64,000 nt of DNA from Octopus sinensis (lineage: Eukaryota). The notes under the pieces are model-generated. The model was not told the origin of the DNA and ran no database searches. It saw only the letters and a list, made by a program, of their open reading frames with translations. Where the stretch lies: NCBI RefSeq assembly GCF_006345805.1, contig NC_042998.1, positions 142,538,001 through 142,602,000 of the forward strand, given 5' to 3'. The stretch's first letter is position 1; every line of letters starts with the position of its first letter. Shown piece after piece: positions 61,640 to 64,000 of the stretch. Made by a program: the position numbers and the translations under genes.

Positions 61640-63550
61640 TGCATGTTAGTTTTATCTTTGTAAATTGTATTCAGCAAAGGTAATAAAGCTCTCTGAATTT
61701 CGTCCAGTGCAATCTTATTCTAGCAATTGCACTTTCAGAGAACCCTTCTCCTCTGTCAACTTGGTTGCCTCGGTAACAGAAGTTATTTACTACTTCTTAG
61801 AATCCCACCAAACATGTGAGGAAGTCTATCTTCTGTACATTCTTAGTGTTTATTGTACCAGCACATATGTCACACACAAAGACTACTTTCTGTTTCAACA
61901 TTCCTGTGATACTGCTGCTTCTCTTAAAGGCCATAGTTAGCACTGAATATGGAATTTCTACCTACACGTTTTCTACATATTTGGTCTTTGCTAAAATAAC
62001 TCTAAGGCCTTTTGATTCAAGACTTTGCTTCCACACCTGAAATTTCTTCTCTAATTCAAGTAGAGATTCAGCTATCAGAACAAAGTCATCAGCATTGGGG
62101 AGCTACTAAGGGCAACCAGTCTTAAATTCCTTTGCTATGGCCTGGAGGACTATGATAAACATGGGAGAGCTGAGAACCTATCCTTGGTAAACCTGCTCAC
62201 TAAAATCACTGCTATACTCATTGCCAACTTTCACTTCATTGACAGCATACCTATACATGGCTTGTACAGCTTCCACCAACTTCTCATCTATCCTTAACTT
62301 CTGCACTCACCATGGGATGAGGGAGTGTGGGGCCCTGTCAAAGGCTTTCTCCATATCAACAAAATCTAAGTACAAAACCAAACAACATCTCATCTATTTT
62401 AACTCAGTTCCTAATTAGTTGGGCTATGCCCCTTTCACTAACTTTCATTACCTGGTCCAGTAATTTGATATCTGATATTATTTCTGTCTATGGCATCACC
62501 TTATCTTTGCAGAAGTTGATTATAATGCTGCTACATCAGTCATTGGATATGATCTTCCCTCATGGACAACCTGTTCAACTATATGAATGACTAAGCCCAA
62601 TCCCATGCTTTCAGATATTTTGAGTATCACAGCAGTGATTCCTGATGGGCTGAAGACTTACCCTGTCTTCATATCCTTAATTGATTTTTTCTACCAAGTT
62701 GGATAGCTGGTCCTTCTGTTAGGTCCACACTAGATAAACTCTCCTTCTCCTATGCATTCTCCACATTTAGCAGCTGTTCATAGTGGCACTGCCATGCATC
62801 TTTCGTTGCAGAATCACTAAGTGCAAGTGAACCATCATCATGCGGACACAGTTCTCTCCTACATCATGATTTTCTCTGACACACTATCTTGCAATTCAGA
62901 ACATTTCAAGCCTCTGGTCCTCATGCTGCAGAACATTGACAAACTTCTTCCTTTCTGCTTCTCCACTAGCTAAATATACCTGTCACCTATCTTCCATTCT
63001 AGCTATCTGATATAGTCCTCTGCTACCATCTCTCTTCCAGTCATTTTTCTTTGTTCTAATAGCCCTGTCTGCTACACTACTACACCACCCTAGGTCAGTT
63101 TGGCACTTGCACCAGCCACAAATTTAGCCTGTGGCCCTCATGAAGCTGTCATGTCGGAACTTCCAGTGACTACAAGAAGTAGGGGCTCTCTGAACTTGCC
63201 CAGCCTAATCTTATTCTGACAGCTACACTCTTGGAGCATCCACCTCTGCTAACTTGGTCACCTAGATAACGGAAGCTATCTACTACTTCTAGCTTACCCT
63301 ATTGGTATTTGATGGAGTCTAATTTCTGTACATTTTCAGTGTTTATTGTACCTGAGCATCTTCCACATACAAAAACTGTTTTCCCTGTCAATCTTGCTCT
63401 GATATTGCTGCGCCTTTTATGTGTCCAAAGCTTAAAATGGGTGCATCTTACAGAGTTTCTACCTATACCTTTTCTACAGATTGAGCAGGGTCATCTACCT
63501 GAAGGTGTTTGTAATTTGATTGCCTTCCTACTTACTAAGACTTTGGTTTT
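61640..63550 (-). mobile_element. RTE LINE fragment, decayed
   Basis: Same family as 29279-31672 (ttctccatatcaacaaaa, gtggcactgccatgcatctttcgttgc); antisense ORFs mirror 30342..30578. Confidence 0.8.
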
Positions 63551-63561
63551 TGGTATATATA

Positions 63562-63609
<48 letters not shown>

Positions 63610-63610
<1 letters not shown>

Positions 63611-64000
63611 TTTGAATGGCTTCCTTGGTCATATTGGCGATATGAGGGTGGGCATTGTCCTGCACCAAAACTCCATGCTACCGATTAGGTCTTTTCTCTT
63701 GAATAGCTGTGCTGAGTCGTTCCATCTGTTGAACATAGAGTTCTGCGTTGACCGTTTGGTTCCGTTCATGCAATTCGTAATGGATAATCCCTTCCCAGTC
63801 CCACCATATGCACAACATCATTTTACACAGATGAAGATCTTGTTTCACATGTGGTGTTGCTTGTTTACTGGGGCTAAGCCATTCTTTACGATACTTCATT
63901 TTGATTTACAGGCACCATTTTCCGTTTGCAGTAACGATTTGGTAAAGAAATTGTTGCTTGTGCCCATGAGTTGAGCGGTGACGAGCAAGCAAACTAGCAG
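63610..64000 (-). mobile_element. Mariner (Mos1-like) transposase catalytic-domain fragment
   Basis: EWLSPSKQATPHVKQDLH...MLCIWWDWEGIIHYEL...ELYVQQMERL...QDNAHPH. Confidence 0.9.

Noticed and set aside
63309-63974. 221-aa plus-strand ORF
   Set aside because: Antisense read-through of an RTE fragment, a microsatellite and a mariner fragment.
1-64000. CRISPR arrays, rRNA, true tRNA genes, core histone genes
   Set aside because: None seen; the tRNA-like sequences are SINE heads and the regular repeats are microsatellites or TE subrepeats.

Overview
AT-rich, repeat-dense animal genomic DNA. The SINE, RTE and microsatellite content suggests an octopus; this is an inference from recalled repeat families, not a search. 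Only one intact host gene is supportable: a solitary, intronless linker histone H1 (26053-26595, minus strand, 180 aa). It has an AAGAAACACA H1-box, no canonical histone 3' stem-loop and no neighbouring core histone genes. The H1 locus is duplicated in tandem, and the upstream copy is broken up by a Gypsy element, a mariner fragment and a SINE, leaving a 51-codon Lys/Arg-rich ORF with no globular domain. The rest is mobile DNA: a decayed CsRN1-like Gypsy, a young 2.07-kb LTR element with a gag::integrase in-frame fusion, two probable solo LTRs, RTE and CR1 LINE pieces, Helitron remnants, Tc1/mariner fragments, many SINEs, foldback/MITE elements and Penelope-like fragments carrying minimal hammerhead ribozyme motifs. 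The most novel-looking items are three divergent members of an ORF1 retroelement family (two are complete and RT-less, half-L1-like, with long target-site duplications), the H1-derived mini-ORF, the hammerhead motifs and several large foldback structures. Coordinates were read by hand and identity values are by-eye estimates.
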